Of a stretch of 64,000 nt of DNA, positions 62,976 to 64,000 are shown piece by piece. Position 1 is the stretch's first letter. Each line of letters starts with the position of its first letter. The translations under genes and the position numbers were made by a program. A model generated the notes under the pieces. The model saw only the letters and a program-made list of their open reading frames with translations, was not told the DNA's origin and did not search any database. Source of the DNA: Lytechinus pictus (Eukaryota); NCBI RefSeq assembly GCF_037042905.1, contig NC_087250.1, forward strand, positions 13,394,001-13,458,000. Reading direction: 5' to 3'.

Positions 62976-64000
62976 ACGATAAACGCCAACTCAAGGCTAC
63001 TGACAAATCATACACTATAATGCGAAGGAAAGAAACCCATCGTAATATTGAGTCATTGAAGGCAGATTTGGCTGAAGAATCTTGGCAAGATATTTATCTT
63101 GAACATAATGTTAATGACTCTTATGAAAGATTTTTGGACAAACTTCTTTATTATTACGAAAAAAATATGCCATTAATAAAAATTAAATCGAATAAAAAGA
63201 AGAGCAAACAACCTTGGATTACCCAAACTATAATCAAATCCATATTTACTAGAAATAGATTATATAAAATATCAATTAAATCGCCTACAACTGAAAATAT
63301 AAATAAATACAAAAAATACCGCAATAAATTAACATCAGTTATACGCCAAGCTCGAAAATCCTACTTTTCTGATAAAATTGAAAATAATAAAGATAATAAT
63401 TATACATTATGGAAATCTATAAAAGAAATTTTAGGTAAGAAAAAGGAAACATGTGATAACGTTAATTTCGTAGACAATGGTCAACAAATGCAAGACTCCT
63501 TTGATGTTGCTAATGCATTTAATAATTTCTTCAATAATATTGGCCCAAAACTAGCTTCAAAAATAACATCTAATGATGATGACTTTTCTGTATATTTAAA
63601 CGATGTTCCAGAACATTCTTTATTTTTCAATCCAACAAATACTAACGAGATTTTAGAGATTGTTAGGTCCATGAAACCGACTAAATCCTGTGGGCATGAT
63701 GGTATAAGTGTCTATCTTTTGAAAAAAATAATTTATTTTATAGCCTCCCCGCTTTCGCATATTTTCAATCGTTCTCTTTCTTGTGGTATTTTCCCCGATC
63801 TACTGAAAATTGCAAAAATAATTCCAATATACAAAAAAGATGATCCATGTCTTATCTCAAACTATCGTCCAATTTCTTTATTACCGGGTATCTCTAAAAT
63901 ACTTGAGAGAATAGTTTACAAGCGTTTATATTCTTTTTTGAACAGCAATAATTTACTGATTCCTAATCAATATGGTTTCAGAGATAATCATTCAACGGAC
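62975..64000 (+). mobile_element. 5'-truncated non-LTR retrotransposon of the CR1 group (L2/Crack/Daphne-like); ORF2 linker and start of RT, continuing beyond the window
   Basis: Stop-free frame 62975-64000 with QPWIT, FNNFFNNIGPKLA, KSCGHDGIS, GIFPDLLKIAKIIPIYKK, NYRPISLLPGISKILERIV and QYGFR motifs; no APE endonuclease upstream. Confidence 0.92.

Overview
AT-rich, repeat-dense eukaryotic genomic DNA. The intron/exon style and repeat content suggest a marine invertebrate deuterostome such as a sea urchin (inference). Three spliced genes can be rebuilt by hand with consistent GT-AG phases. (1) The last three coding exons of ZCCHC17/pNO40 (+, 499-5752). (2) A complete INTS12 CDS (+, 7 coding exons, 18071-27137, ~424 aa, PHD finger). 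(3) A complete JMJD6 CDS (-, 8 exons, 54600-37014, ~410 aa, JmjC), convergent with INTS12. The rest is mostly mobile DNA: tRNA-derived SINEs, TTAA Kolobok-like elements, CWG-targeting Harbinger-like MITEs, CAG/TAG-ended hAT-like elements with 5-, 6- and 8-bp TSDs, and a 5'-truncated CR1-group LINE with an intact RT frame running off the right edge. Main observations: two TSD-flanked intronic insertions each carry a minimal type I hammerhead ribozyme (a 365-bp retrozyme-like element in JMJD6 and a Penelope-like 3' fragment in ZCCHC17), both antisense to the host gene. Tandem arrays of duplicated exon/splice-site fragments create decoy splice sites in JMJD6 and INTS12. Four MITEs are stacked end to end at CWG junctions. 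Two satellites lie inside DNA transposons. Gene identities come from recalled similarity to human proteins, not from a database search.
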